Source of the DNA: Bacteroidia bacterium
GTDB taxonomy: Bacteria; Bacteroidota; Bacteroidia; UBA4408
Assembly (NCBI GenBank): GCA_020845635.1
Contig: JADLFI010000001.1
Location: 1,256 to 65,255 of the forward strand
Direction of reading: 5' to 3'
Length of the DNA: 64,000 nucleotides
Of the stretch, positions 17,510 through 27,039 are shown one piece after another. The notes beneath the pieces were generated by a model that worked only from the letters and a program-made list of their open reading frames with translations, did no database searches and was not told the origin of the DNA. Each line of letters begins with the position of its first letter. Position 1 is the stretch's first letter. The translations under genes were made by a program, and so were the position numbers.

Positions 17510-18221
17510 CTGTTATAATCATTTCACCCCTTCGGGGTTTTATAATAATGTCAGCCCTTCGGGCTTTTTTGTTTATTCCATTACGTTTTTTTATAATCAT
17601 TTCTTTTTGTTTATTCCATTACGTTTTTTTTATAATCATTTCATTCTATAATCATTTCACCCCTTCGGGGTTATTGTTTATTCCTATATCATAATCCATA
17701 ATTATATCAGCCCTTCGGGCTTTTTTGTTTCATTATCTAATCCCGAAGGGATGATAATATTGTAACAAAAAATTCCCATACTGTTACCCAACCCCGAAGG
17801 GGTGGCATTATTCAATCCATTCAAACAAATATTTTTCATCATATTCCATTCCATAATTATATCAGCCCTTCGGGCTTTTTGTTTATTCCATTACGTTTTT
17901 TTTATAATCATTTCATTCTATAATCATTTCACCCCTCCGGGGTTTTTGTTTATTCCTATATCATAATCTATAATTATATCAGCCCTTCGGGCTTTTTTGT
18001 TTATTCCATTACGTTTTTTTTATAATCATTTCATTCTATAATCATTTCACCCCTTCGGGGTTATTGTTTATTCCTATATCATAATCTATAATTATATCAG
18101 CCCTTCGGGCTTTTATTCATTTCATCCCATCGGGTTTTTTGTTCCATTATCTAATCCCGAAGGGATGATAATATTGTAACAAAAAATTCCCATACTGTTA
18201 CCCAACCCCGTAGGGGTGGCA
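17510..18221. repeat. REP-like palindrome array (13 hairpins A(C/G/T)CCC-TTC/GAA-GGG(G/C/A)T plus one degenerate copy)
   Basis: ACCCCTTCGGGGT-type at 17526, 17659, 17931 (TCC loop), 18049; AGCCCTTCGGGCT at 17553, 17709, 17864, 17981, 18099; opposite-orientation ATCCCGAAGGGAT at 17740, 18154 and ACCCCG(A/T)AGGGGT at 17791, 18205; 117-118 bp higher-order period. Confidence 0.92.
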
Positions 18222-18683
18222 TTATTCAATCCATTCAAACAAATATTTTTCATCATGTTCAATCTCAAACTTCTTCAAAAAATCTATATACTCTTCCCTA
18301 AACGTTTTCACTTTATGATGTTCTTCCTGATTCAAAATGTAATTGTACACATTCTCAATATGCGAATGAGAATATGAAAACGCACCATAACCTTCTTGCC
18401 ATTGAAACTTTCCTTGTATCAACTTATTATCATTTATCCATTTGCTTGAGTTGTTTTTTATATCTCTAACCAAATCCGATATGAGCATAGATGGTTTCAA
18501 CCCAACAAAAACATGAATATGGTCGGGCATACCATTCACTATAATTGATTTCTGGTTCTTCGCTTTGATAATCCCTGCAATATATTTATGCAAATCATCT
18601 TTCCATGCCTTTCCAATTAAATTTGCTCTGCCTTTAACTGCAAAAACAATCTGAATATAAATTTGTGAAAATGTGCCTGACAT
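18222..18683 (-). mobile_element. IS200/IS605-like Y1 HUH transposase, probably REP-associated (RAYT)
   Basis: IQIVFAVKGR, DHIH (HUH), FQWQEGYGAFS, catalytic Y in YILNQEEHH; directly followed by the REP array; no tnpB. Confidence 0.88.
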
Positions 18684-18685
18684 AA

Positions 18686-21244
18686 TTAACTGTTTAAAAA
18701 TTTATTCAACGGAACGTATGTCTTAACATAGTTAGGCAGTTTGCTTTTCATTTCGTCCGGCACACGGTTAAAATCATCTACATTAAACGTTGGGTTGTGA
18801 TATAATTCGGTAAAATCTTGTTGGTCTATTATTTTTCTTACACTTGGATCGGTGATGTAGGCGTAAAAGAAATAGCGTAAACCTTGTAAATCATTAATGT
18901 CGGAAACATTGTTGGTGCTAAGGAATTTTTCAAATTCATCATTCAATAAATCGTCTTTCCCTTTTATTTGATTACCGAAATAAATAAGTTCCAACAATTC
19001 ACGCCAACTAATTTTACGGTCAATCTTTAACGATCTGCGAAGTTTTTCCAAATCAAAATATTCTTCGGGTTTGTTGTCGTATTTCTCTTTGGCTCTTGCT
19101 GTGGCGATTTCAACATCACCTGCTTCCATCAGTTGTTTTATTTCTTCATCGGTTTTTACTTTCTCCTCAAACTGCTGAAAAAACATTCGGTCAATCTTCA
19201 TTCCTGTAAAGTCAACTTGCTGTTCGTTCCAAGTGGCAATTTTGTCGTTCTCCTTGTATTCGTAACCGTCACGCTTTGGTTTTAGCGTATTGTCATCAAC
19301 TGTTGGAATGTCATCGCCTTGCTTAAAGTTTTTAGGCAGTTTTAATACTTGGTCGTACTGATATTTTTCTTCAAAGTATTCGCAAGTGGCAAAGAAGTCA
19401 AAGAGCTTAAAAGTGGCTTTGTCAATGGAAATTGTTTCTTCTTCTCCCAGTTCGTTTTTGAATTTATGCTCAAACGTGTGAACACGAGTTCCACGCCCTT
19501 TTATCTGTATAAATTCTGTTGGAGAAAATATCGGTCGCATTAAAGCTAAGTTCAAAATATTGGGGCAATCCCAACCTGTGGTCATCATGCCTACCGTTAC
19601 ACAAACTCTTGCTTTACTAGTTTTATAAGAATCTAAAATTTCATTGCCTTTTGCAAAATTGCTAAAGCCTAATAATTTGTCGTTACTGTAATCAACGGTC
19701 ATTTGCTGACTGTTTTGCACATTAGAAGTTACCTGAACGGCAAAGTCGCTTTGATACTTGCCGGGGAAATATTGATGTGCATATTCATTGAGTAATTGAG
19801 CCAATTTTGCAGCGTGATTTTGCGAAACGGCAAAAACTAAACTCTTTCCAAATTCTCCGTTAATCGGGTCTTTCAATCCATTTTCAATAAATGTTTTGCA
19901 AAACACTCGGTTGGTTTCATCGCTAAAAAATTTCCGCTCAAAGTGATTTTGTTTGTATTTCACTTCTTCCAAAACATCTTCCTGCTCGCTGGTGGCAACC
20001 GTAACCATTACGCCATAACCCTGCTCAGAAAGCAGTTTGGTAGTTACATCTGTTCTTGCATCCACAACAATAGGCTGTCGCAAATAGCCGTCTTTAGCAC
20101 CGTCCACAAGCGAATAACGATACGTTGGAATGCCACTCTCACAACCAAAGGTAGTGTAAGTGTCAAGCAACATTCTACGTTCAAGTTCTCTGGGGTCTTC
20201 AATATTTTCGGTGTCCAAATGTTTTAAATAGTCCTTTGGTGTGGCTGTCAAGCCCAATTTGTAACCCAAGAAATATTCAAACAAAGCTCGGCTGTTTCCA
20301 CCTCCTAACAATCGGTGCGATTCGTCAGAAATGATTAAATCAAAGTCGGTTGGTGAAAACAGTTTTTTGTATTTGTTATTCACCATTAACGATTGAATGG
20401 TAGTAACAACAATTTCTGCTTTTCTCCAGTCGTTGCGTTTTTCTTTGTAAACAACCGTTGTCAGGTCGTTCTTTAAATAGTTTGTAAAATCTTTTCTTGC
20501 TTGTTCTTCCAATTCCAAACGGTCAACCAAAAACAAAACTCGTCTTGCGTTGCCGGTTCTGTAAAACAATTTGATGATAGCAGCAGATGTCAGCGTTTTT
20601 CCTGTTCCTGTTGCCATTTCAAGCAAGAAACGTTTTTTGCCTTCGCTTACTGCTTTCTGAACGGCTTGAACTGCTTCAACTTGGTAATATCTTAAGAAGC
20701 GAAGTTTTAAATTGAAAATTAAGTCCTTCTTTTTCTGTTCGTCTTGAAACTCCGGTATTTGTTTGTAGTTTGGTAGCTGTGTCAATACAACATAGTCAGC
20801 ATTTACTTCTTCGCTAACTAATTTGTTCGGGTCGGGATTGAACTCATAATATTGTTTAATGGATTCCAATGTCGGGAAAACTTGAATTGGTTCAGGATTT
20901 CCGGATTCAATGTTCCATAAATAATGAAATGTGCCGTTAGATAGAATTACAAACTTTACTTTTTGCGACTTGGCGTAATTTCTTGCTTGTTCTTTTCCAA
21001 CAAGCGGATTCAGGCTTTCCTTTTTTGCTTCTAAAACAAGAACAGGATTTTGGTTTTCGTCAACTAATAAAAAGTCAATAAAGCCGTTTTTAGAATGTTC
21101 AAAATCTTCTCCTAAATCGTCCATTTTGATGGAAGATTCAAGTTTGATGGTGGCTTTACCTTTGTCCGTGTCAAAGAAACGCCAGCCAGCTTCTTCAAGC
21201 AGTTTGTTAATCTTAATTCTTGCCTTTGCTTCTTTTTCAGCCAT
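18686..21244 (-). CDS. hsdR: Type I restriction enzyme R subunit (EcoEI-like DEAD/DEAH helicase-nuclease)
   Basis: N-terminal PD-(D/E)xK (IDFLL...VLEAKK), MATGTGKT, DESHR, GLTATP, TTGWD, QIKGRGTR. Confidence 0.92.
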   Translation of the reverse strand: MAEKEAKARIKINKLLEEAGWRFFDTDKGKATIKLESSIKMDDLGEDFEHSKNGFIDFLLVDENQNPVLVLEAKKESLNPLVGKEQARNYAKSQKVKFVILSNGTFHYLWNIESGNPEPIQVFPTLESIKQYYEFNPDPNKLVSEEVNADYVVLTQLPNYKQIPEFQDEQKKKDLIFNLKLRFLRYYQVEAVQAVQKAVSEGKKRFLLEMATGTGKTLTSAAIIKLFYRTGNARRVLFLVDRLELEEQARKDFTNYLKNDLTTVVYKEKRNDWRKAEIVVTTIQSLMVNNKYKKLFSPTDFDLIISDESHRLLGGGNSRALFEYFLGYKLGLTATPKDYLKHLDTENIEDPRELERRMLLDTYTTFGCESGIPTYRYSLVDGAKDGYLRQPIVVDARTDVTTKLLSEQGYGVMVTVATSEQEDVLEEVKYKQNHFERKFFSDETNRVFCKTFIENGLKDPINGEFGKSLVFAVSQNHAAKLAQLLNEYAHQYFPGKYQSDFAVQVTSNVQNSQQMTVDYSNDKLLGFSNFAKGNEILDSYKTSKARVCVTVGMMTTGWDCPNILNLALMRPIFSPTEFIQIKGRGTRVHTFEHKFKNELGEEETISIDKATFKLFDFFATCEYFEEKYQYDQVLKLPKNFKQGDDIPTVDDNTLKPKRDGYEYKENDKIATWNEQQVDFTGMKIDRMFFQQFEEKVKTDEEIKQLMEAGDVEIATARAKEKYDNKPEEYFDLEKLRRSLKIDRKISWRELLELIYFGNQIKGKDDLLNDEFEKFLSTNNVSDINDLQGLRYFFYAYITDPSVRKIIDQQDFTELYHNPTFNVDDFNRVPDEMKSKLPNYVKTYVPLNKFLNS

Positions 21245-21385
21245 TTAGTTCAATACAAATTTTAGTCGGTTAAAATACGATTTTTTAACTAACAAACACA
21301 GAGAATATATAAGGATACCTGATTATTTGTTCGAAAAATCAAGAAAGTTTGTTTGTGGTATGAGAAAAAACGGTTTTAAAAGATA

Positions 21386-22699
21386 TTATTCTTTTACCAC
21401 ACCAAATAAGTCATAATCTTCGGCTCCTGTAATTTCAATAGAAGCAAAATCGCCCATACGTATATAATTACTGTTGGCATCAACCAGCACTTCATTATCA
21501 ACCTCCGGAGAATCGTATTCTGTACGACCTATAAAATAATCGCCTTCTTTTTTATCAAATAAAACTTTAAAAGTTTTTCCAATCTTTTCTTCGTTAAGTT
21601 CTTTTGATATTTCTTGTTGAATATTCATAATGTTATCGGCTCTTTCTTTTTTTACATTCATCGGAACATCATCATTCAAGTTGTAGGCATGTGTATTTTC
21701 TTCGTGCGAATAGGTAAAAACCCCTAATCTATCAAACCGGCTTTCACTAACCCATTGAGCCATTTCTTCATATTCTTTTTCGGTTTCGCCCGGATAACCG
21801 GTAATAAGTGTTGTTCTGATAGCCACATCAGGCACCTTGTCCCGTATCATATTCACCAAATCAATTGTTTTTTGTTTGGTTGTTCCTCTGCGCATACTCT
21901 TAAGAATTTTATCACTGATATGTTGTAAAGGCATATCAATATAATTACAAATCTTTTCATTATTTTTCATAAGGTCCAGCACATCTGTTGGAAACCCCGT
22001 AGGGAAGGCATAATGCAGACGCAACCATTCTATTCCTTCTACTTCATGTAAGGCGCTTAGCAGGTCAGCCAATCTTCGTTTCTTATAAATATCAAGACCG
22101 TAGTATGTCGTGTCCTGAGCTATTAGAATAAGCTCTTTTGTTCCATTTTTAGCTAAGCTTTTTGCACGTGCCACAAGCTCTTCAATAGGCACCGAAGTAT
22201 GTGTACCTCTCATTAATGGAATAGCACAAAAGGAACAGGGGCGGTCGCAACCTTCAGAAATTTTGAAATACGCAAAATGATGTGGAGTAGTCAGCAGTCT
22301 TTCGCCTAAAAGTTCTTGTTTGTAGTCGGCTTTAAGAGTCTTCAAAAGTCTTGGTAATTCGCGTGTGCCGAAATAAGCATTAACATTAGGAATTTCCTTT
22401 TCAAGTTCAGGTTTATATCTCTCGCTTAAACAACCTGTAACATATAATTTATCTATTAAGCCTTTCTTTTTGGCATCAGAATATCGCAAAATAGTGTCAA
22501 TACTTTCTTGTTTTGCATTATCTATAAACCCGCAAGTATTAATAATAATTATTGAGGCATCATTCTTAGTACTTTCATGTTCAACTTCAATATTATTGGC
22601 TCGTAACTGACCCATCAGCACTTCGCTGTCAACCACATTTTTAGAGCATCCTAAGGTAATAACATTAACCTTATTCCTTTTTTGAGTTTTGGTTTTCAT
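21386..22699 (-). CDS. rimO: ribosomal protein S12 methylthiotransferase
   Basis: TLGCSKNVVDSE, NTCGFID, radical SAM CxxxCxxC (GCDRPCSFC), TRAM domain (YDSPEVD). Confidence 0.95.
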   Translation of the reverse strand: MKTKTQKRNKVNVITLGCSKNVVDSEVLMGQLRANNIEVEHESTKNDASIIIINTCGFIDNAKQESIDTILRYSDAKKKGLIDKLYVTGCLSERYKPELEKEIPNVNAYFGTRELPRLLKTLKADYKQELLGERLLTTPHHFAYFKISEGCDRPCSFCAIPLMRGTHTSVPIEELVARAKSLAKNGTKELILIAQDTTYYGLDIYKKRRLADLLSALHEVEGIEWLRLHYAFPTGFPTDVLDLMKNNEKICNYIDMPLQHISDKILKSMRRGTTKQKTIDLVNMIRDKVPDVAIRTTLITGYPGETEKEYEEMAQWVSESRFDRLGVFTYSHEENTHAYNLNDDVPMNVKKERADNIMNIQQEISKELNEEKIGKTFKVLFDKKEGDYFIGRTEYDSPEVDNEVLVDANSNYIRMGDFASIEITGAEDYDLFGVVKE

Positions 22700-22703
22700 G
22701 GTG

Positions 22704-22711
22704 CAAAATTA
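22704..22711 (-). promoter_or_regulatory. -7 promoter element for rimO
   Basis: TAATTTTG 4 nt upstream of the ATG, implying a very short leader. Confidence 0.4.
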
Positions 22712-22901
22712 ATATTTATATCTAATCAACCGGTAATGCAAAAGAATAGCAAATAATATACAAAATAAATATGGGAAAGTATTAACTCTTATTGATAAGA
22801 TAAGTTTGGTAAAATTTCCATGATGTTTATTGCACACGTTTAACCCCCTTTATCTGGATATTTAGGTGTACCTTGAGGAAATAAAATATGTTCAAAAGCA
22901 A

Positions 22902-23318
22902 TTATTGAAAATATTTTTCAATAGCAGTGGTCAGTAAATCTTTGGTTAAAGGTTTAGGGAAATGCTCATCAAACCCAATTTCTAAGTACTTTTCGCGGTC
23001 ACCTTCTAAAACATATCCGGTAACTGCAAATACTCTGGTGTTTGTATGCCTTGTGTCGAGCCTAATAGACCTTAGTATATCAACACCGTCAACAGTTTCT
23101 TCGCCTAAATTTATATCCATTAACACCAAGTCAAAAGTATTGTTCTCGAGAAAACCGTATGCCTCTGAGCTAGAACGTGCATAAGTTACATCGAACAAGG
23201 TATCAAATACTTTTTGCATCATAAAAATATTTATAAAATCGTCTTCAACCATAAGCACAGAGATATTGTACTTGCGGGTGGTTGAATTTGAGAAAATATC
23301 TTTAAGATTATTATTCAT
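22902..23318 (-). CDS. single-domain response regulator receiver
   Basis: EDD, LMD (phospho-Asp), VTG and PKP conserved. Confidence 0.9.
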   Translation of the reverse strand: MNNNLKDIFSNSTTRKYNISVLMVEDDFINIFMMQKVFDTLFDVTYARSSSEAYGFLENNTFDLVLMDINLGEETVDGVDILRSIRLDTRHTNTRVFAVTGYVLEGDREKYLEIGFDEHFPKPLTKDLLTTAIEKYFQ

Positions 23319-23330
23319 AAAAATTGGTTA

Positions 23331-23732
23331 TTATTCATCTCTGAGTACTTTGTCCAAACATTCTAATAAATCTTTCTGCTCAAAAGGCCTTTTAATTGAC
23401 GAATCGAATTGATTTAATAACGAATCGTTTTCGTGACCCATTCCCGGCAAAGCTACTAATTTTATATGTTTTTCTTTTTGATTGTTTTTTATATATTTAA
23501 TTAAATCGTTTGCACTTAACCCAAAACTGTCGTATTCTGTATTTAACATAACCACATCTATACAATGCTCGTTAATAATCTTTACTACCTCGTGCGAATC
23601 TCTAGCATATAGCATTTTGAAATCATCTTCAAGATACTGTTTTAGCATATAGGAATTAATGAAATCGCCTTCTATAACGAGAATCTTTTTATCGCTGAAA
23701 CTTGATTTTATTTTCTCTTTTTCCATTGTCAT
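23331..23732 (-). CDS. degenerate (pseudo) receiver-domain protein
   Basis: Receiver fold pattern with the phospho-Asp replaced by Asn (VVMLN) and the Thr/Ser by Pro. Confidence 0.75.
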   Translation of the reverse strand: MTMEKEKIKSSFSDKKILVIEGDFINSYMLKQYLEDDFKMLYARDSHEVVKIINEHCIDVVMLNTEYDSFGLSANDLIKYIKNNQKEKHIKLVALPGMGHENDSLLNQFDSSIKRPFEQKDLLECLDKVLRDE

Positions 23733-23925
23733 AAAACAAAAATATAGCGATTTAAATCACAAAAAATAAAATTTATACTAAGCCCAAGTACATTTAGATA
23801 AACTAAAATTCTACTTATAGGTAAAAAAATGTTAAACAGCCGTTTAGTTTTACGATTTAACTGATGTTTTTGAGCCATTGTCGGACTAATTTAAAGTACG
23901 ATGAAATTTTATTACTATTTAAATT

Positions 23926-24765
23926 TTATATAGAATCTAGTGTTATGGTTTCATCAAGTCTTACTCCCTTGTCGGTTTGTTTCAATGAGCAACACTCAAT
24001 TTTAGGATCATGCTCAAAAAATAAAATAATGTTTTGTTCCATCGCTTTTTGAAGTATTTGTTGCTTCTCGTTTAAGGTAAGTAAAGGCCGTGTATCATAA
24101 GCCATTACATAGGGTAATGGAATATGTGCGGCTGACGGAAATAAATCGGCCACAAATAATATTTTATGATTATTATATTGAATAAGTGGTAACATCATAC
24201 TTTCGGTATGACCACTTACAATTTCGGCATTAAAATAAGACGGGAGGGTAGAGCCGGAATCAAAAAATTGCAACTGTCCACTTTCCTCAATAGGGAGAAT
24301 ATTTTCTTTTAAAAAAGATGCCTTTTCTCGGGCATTAGGTTTTACTGCCCATTGCCAATGTTTACTATGACTCCAGTAGGTTGCATTTTTAAAAGCAGGC
24401 TCATAAATATTTTTTTGACTATTAAAAATAATACTTCCCCCGCAATGATCAAAATGCAAATGGGTTAAAAATACATCGGTAATATCATCTTTGCTAAAAC
24501 CAAGGCTTGACAATGATTTTTCGAGTGAGTAATCGCCATGTAAATAATAATGACCAAAAAATTTGGCATCTTGCTTATTTCCCATTCCGTTATCAATCAA
24601 AATAAGCCTGTTACTATCTTCAATTAATAAGCAACGCATAGCCCATGAACACATGTTGTTTTCATCGGCAGGATTTAAGTTTTGCCATATTGATTTTGGG
24701 ACAACACCAAACATTGCGCCTCCATCAAGCTTAAACATTCCTGAATGTACTGTATGTAATTTCAT
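23926..24765 (-). CDS. MBL-fold metallo-hydrolase (YtnP-like)
   Basis: FKLDGGAMFGVVPK, THLHFDHCGG metal-binding motif. Confidence 0.9.
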   Translation of the reverse strand: MKLHTVHSGMFKLDGGAMFGVVPKSIWQNLNPADENNMCSWAMRCLLIEDSNRLILIDNGMGNKQDAKFFGHYYLHGDYSLEKSLSSLGFSKDDITDVFLTHLHFDHCGGSIIFNSQKNIYEPAFKNATYWSHSKHWQWAVKPNAREKASFLKENILPIEESGQLQFFDSGSTLPSYFNAEIVSGHTESMMLPLIQYNNHKILFVADLFPSAAHIPLPYVMAYDTRPLLTLNEKQQILQKAMEQNIILFFEHDPKIECCSLKQTDKGVRLDETITLDSI

Positions 24766-24871
24766 TTTACTTGATTAACGGGTAATTGTTTGAAACTTTG
24801 TAAAAGTGGAAAATAGTACTTGAAATAATTGATTTAAGTTAGCATAGTTTTAAACAAAATAAAGTTAATTA

Positions 24872-26236
24872 ATGAATGTTCATTTTATAGCCCTTGGTGG
24901 GAGTGCTATGCACAATTTGGCATTAGCCATGCATAAAAAAGGTTACAACGTAACCGGTTCGGATGATGAAATAGCAGAGCCTTCGTACAGCAGACTTAAA
25001 AATGCAGGGATTTTGCCCAATGCTATTGGATGGTTTCCGGAGAAACTTAATGCCAATATTGATGCTGTAATATTAGGAATGCATGCCCGTAAAGATAATC
25101 CTGAACTAATGGAAGCTCAACGCTTGGGGCTCAAAATATTTTCGTACCCTGAATACATTTATGAACAAACCAAAAACAAAACCAGAGTGGTAGTTGGAGG
25201 AAGCCATGGAAAAACAACTATTACAGCTATGATTTTACATGTTTTAAATTATTTTGATATAAAGTGTGATTTTATGGTAGGAGCTCAACTAAAAGGTTTT
25301 GACACTATGGTGCAGCTTACCCATGACGCACCAATTGCAGTAATTGAGGGTGATGAGTATTTATCTTCGCCTGTTGACCCACGCCCTAAGTTTCATTTGT
25401 ATATGCCCGATATTGCTATTCTTAGCGGTATTGCTTGGGATCATATTAATGTTTTTCCAACCTTTGAAAACTACAAAGAACAATTTGAAATTTATTGCAA
25501 TTTAATTAGTCAGGGCGGTACTTTAATATACTCGTGCGATGATCAGGCGGTTAACCAAATTGCAGCTCATACCAGAAGCGATATAAACCGCTTACCATAC
25601 AGTGTTCCGGCTCACAGAATTGAACAAGGAACAACTGTTTTGTTACATAAAAATAGAAATGTAAAATTAAAAATATTTGGTATTCATAATTTGCTCAACC
25701 TAAATGCAGCTCGTTTGGCATGTAATCAGTTAAATATTGCTGATGAGCAATTTTATGAAGCTATTCAGTTTTTTGAGGGAGCTGCCAAACGCCTCGAAAA
25801 AGTGTATGAAAATAAGGAGGCGGTTTTTTATAAAGATTTTGCTCATTCGCCCTCTAAATTAAAAGCAACTATTGCAGCCGTTAAAAGTCAGTACCCTGAT
25901 AGGAAGCTCACCGCATGCATTGAACTGCACACTTTCAGCAGCTTAAACCAAACTTTTTTGAATGAGTACAAAGATAGTATGATTGATGCTGATGTGGCGG
26001 TGGTTTATTACAACTTAAAAACTTTACAACATAAAAAGCTTCAAGAAATTTCAATTCAACAGGTAATTAATGCCTTTGGCAATAGTGGAAATTTACATGT
26101 ATTTACCGAAACTGATGAAATGATAATGTTCTTAAAACAAACATTTACTACCCCGCATAACTTGCTGATGATGAGTTCAGGCACGTTTAACGGTTTGGAC
26201 TTAAGCAGCTTGGCAAAAACTATATTTTTAGATTAA
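24872..26236 (+). CDS. mpl: murein peptide ligase (Mpl/MurC-like)
   Basis: HFIALGGSAM, GSHGKTT, IEGDEY, WDHINVF, DFAHSP. Confidence 0.75.
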   Translation: MNVHFIALGGSAMHNLALAMHKKGYNVTGSDDEIAEPSYSRLKNAGILPNAIGWFPEKLNANIDAVILGMHARKDNPELMEAQRLGLKIFSYPEYIYEQTKNKTRVVVGGSHGKTTITAMILHVLNYFDIKCDFMVGAQLKGFDTMVQLTHDAPIAVIEGDEYLSSPVDPRPKFHLYMPDIAILSGIAWDHINVFPTFENYKEQFEIYCNLISQGGTLIYSCDDQAVNQIAAHTRSDINRLPYSVPAHRIEQGTTVLLHKNRNVKLKIFGIHNLLNLNAARLACNQLNIADEQFYEAIQFFEGAAKRLEKVYENKEAVFYKDFAHSPSKLKATIAAVKSQYPDRKLTACIELHTFSSLNQTFLNEYKDSMIDADVAVVYYNLKTLQHKKLQEISIQQVINAFGNSGNLHVFTETDEMIMFLKQTFTTPHNLLMMSSGTFNGLDLSSLAKTIFLD

Positions 26237-26317
26237 AATCATTTTTTTTTGTAAATTAGCTGTTCATAGGAAGTTAGAAATTTTGTTTTTTTATTTGCAA
26301 TAAATTTTATTGATAAG

Positions 26318-27031
26318 ATGATATATAAGTTTCGAATTCATTTTGAGGATTATGATGATGTTTATAGAGATATTGAAATAAACTCTCAACAAAGTTTTGA
26401 GGATTTAAAGTTAGCAATTCTTAAATCTATAAATTTTGATACTATTCATGAGTGTATTTTCTTTATGAGTGATGATTCATGGCGCAAGGGACGGGATTTA
26501 ACCAAAAAGAAAGATGGTACACCTTTTGAACTTTCAAAAAGAATTATTTGCGACTTTGTAGAGGAACCACATCAAAGATTTTTGTTCATATACGACTTGA
26601 ATGTGCAATGGTCCTTTTTTGTTGAGTTGCTAAAAATATCCAAGTCCGACCCAAATGTTGTGTATCCATTAGTGGTTAAGAGTTTTGGCGCTGCACCTAA
26701 GCAATACAAACCGGTATATATTGCATCACCTAGCTTTGATGATGAGGATAGCCCTAAAAAAGGGAAGAGAGGTCGTAAACCCGGATCGGTAAAAGAGATT
26801 GAAAAAGATACTATTGATGATGAAGAAATTGATGATGATTCGGATGTTGAAATTGAAGAAGATATTTCCTATATTGAAGAGTCTGATATTGACGATGGCT
26901 TTGAAAGCAAAGATGATGATGACCCGGATGAAACAGGAGGGGAGGACGATATTGATGAATACGGTAATGGATATGATGATGAGAACGAAATGTACAACAA
27001 TCGTTATGATAATTCGGCCGATGATTATTAA
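26318..27031 (+). CDS. pRiA4b ORF-3/IS1096 passenger-like domain protein with basic motif and acidic tail
   Basis: YKFRI.FED..DVYRDIEI...F.DL..AI...F..YD..V.W.F.VEL pattern; KKGKRGRKPG; D/E-rich last ~80 aa. Confidence 0.65.
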   Translation: MIYKFRIHFEDYDDVYRDIEINSQQSFEDLKLAILKSINFDTIHECIFFMSDDSWRKGRDLTKKKDGTPFELSKRIICDFVEEPHQRFLFIYDLNVQWSFFVELLKISKSDPNVVYPLVVKSFGAAPKQYKPVYIASPSFDDEDSPKKGKRGRKPGSVKEIEKDTIDDEEIDDDSDVEIEEDISYIEESDIDDGFESKDDDDPDETGGEDDIDEYGNGYDDENEMYNNRYDNSADDY

Positions 27032-27039
27032 TAATTATA

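Larger units (their letters stand above)
14430..21385 (-). other. restriction-modification defence island (hsdR, RAYT, REP array, hsdM-S, two four-helix-bundle genes)
   Basis: Co-oriented accessory genes and two repeat families between the housekeeping MFS gene and rimO; no integrase or target duplication seen, so boundaries are approximate. Confidence 0.75.

Noticed and set aside
14515-18221. Heptamer and REP arrays as CRISPR
   Set aside because: There are no unique spacers (the inter-repeat DNA is itself repeated), repeat lengths do not fit, and no cas genes were seen.
17510-18683. Complete IS200/IS605 element with tnpB
   Set aside because: There is no tnpB and no room for a left end, since the hsdR stop is 2 nt from the ATG.
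26318-27031. pRiA4b ORF-3/IS1096 passenger domain as evidence of a mobile element
   Set aside because: It sits in an operon-like run between mpl and miaA with no transposase or repeats.
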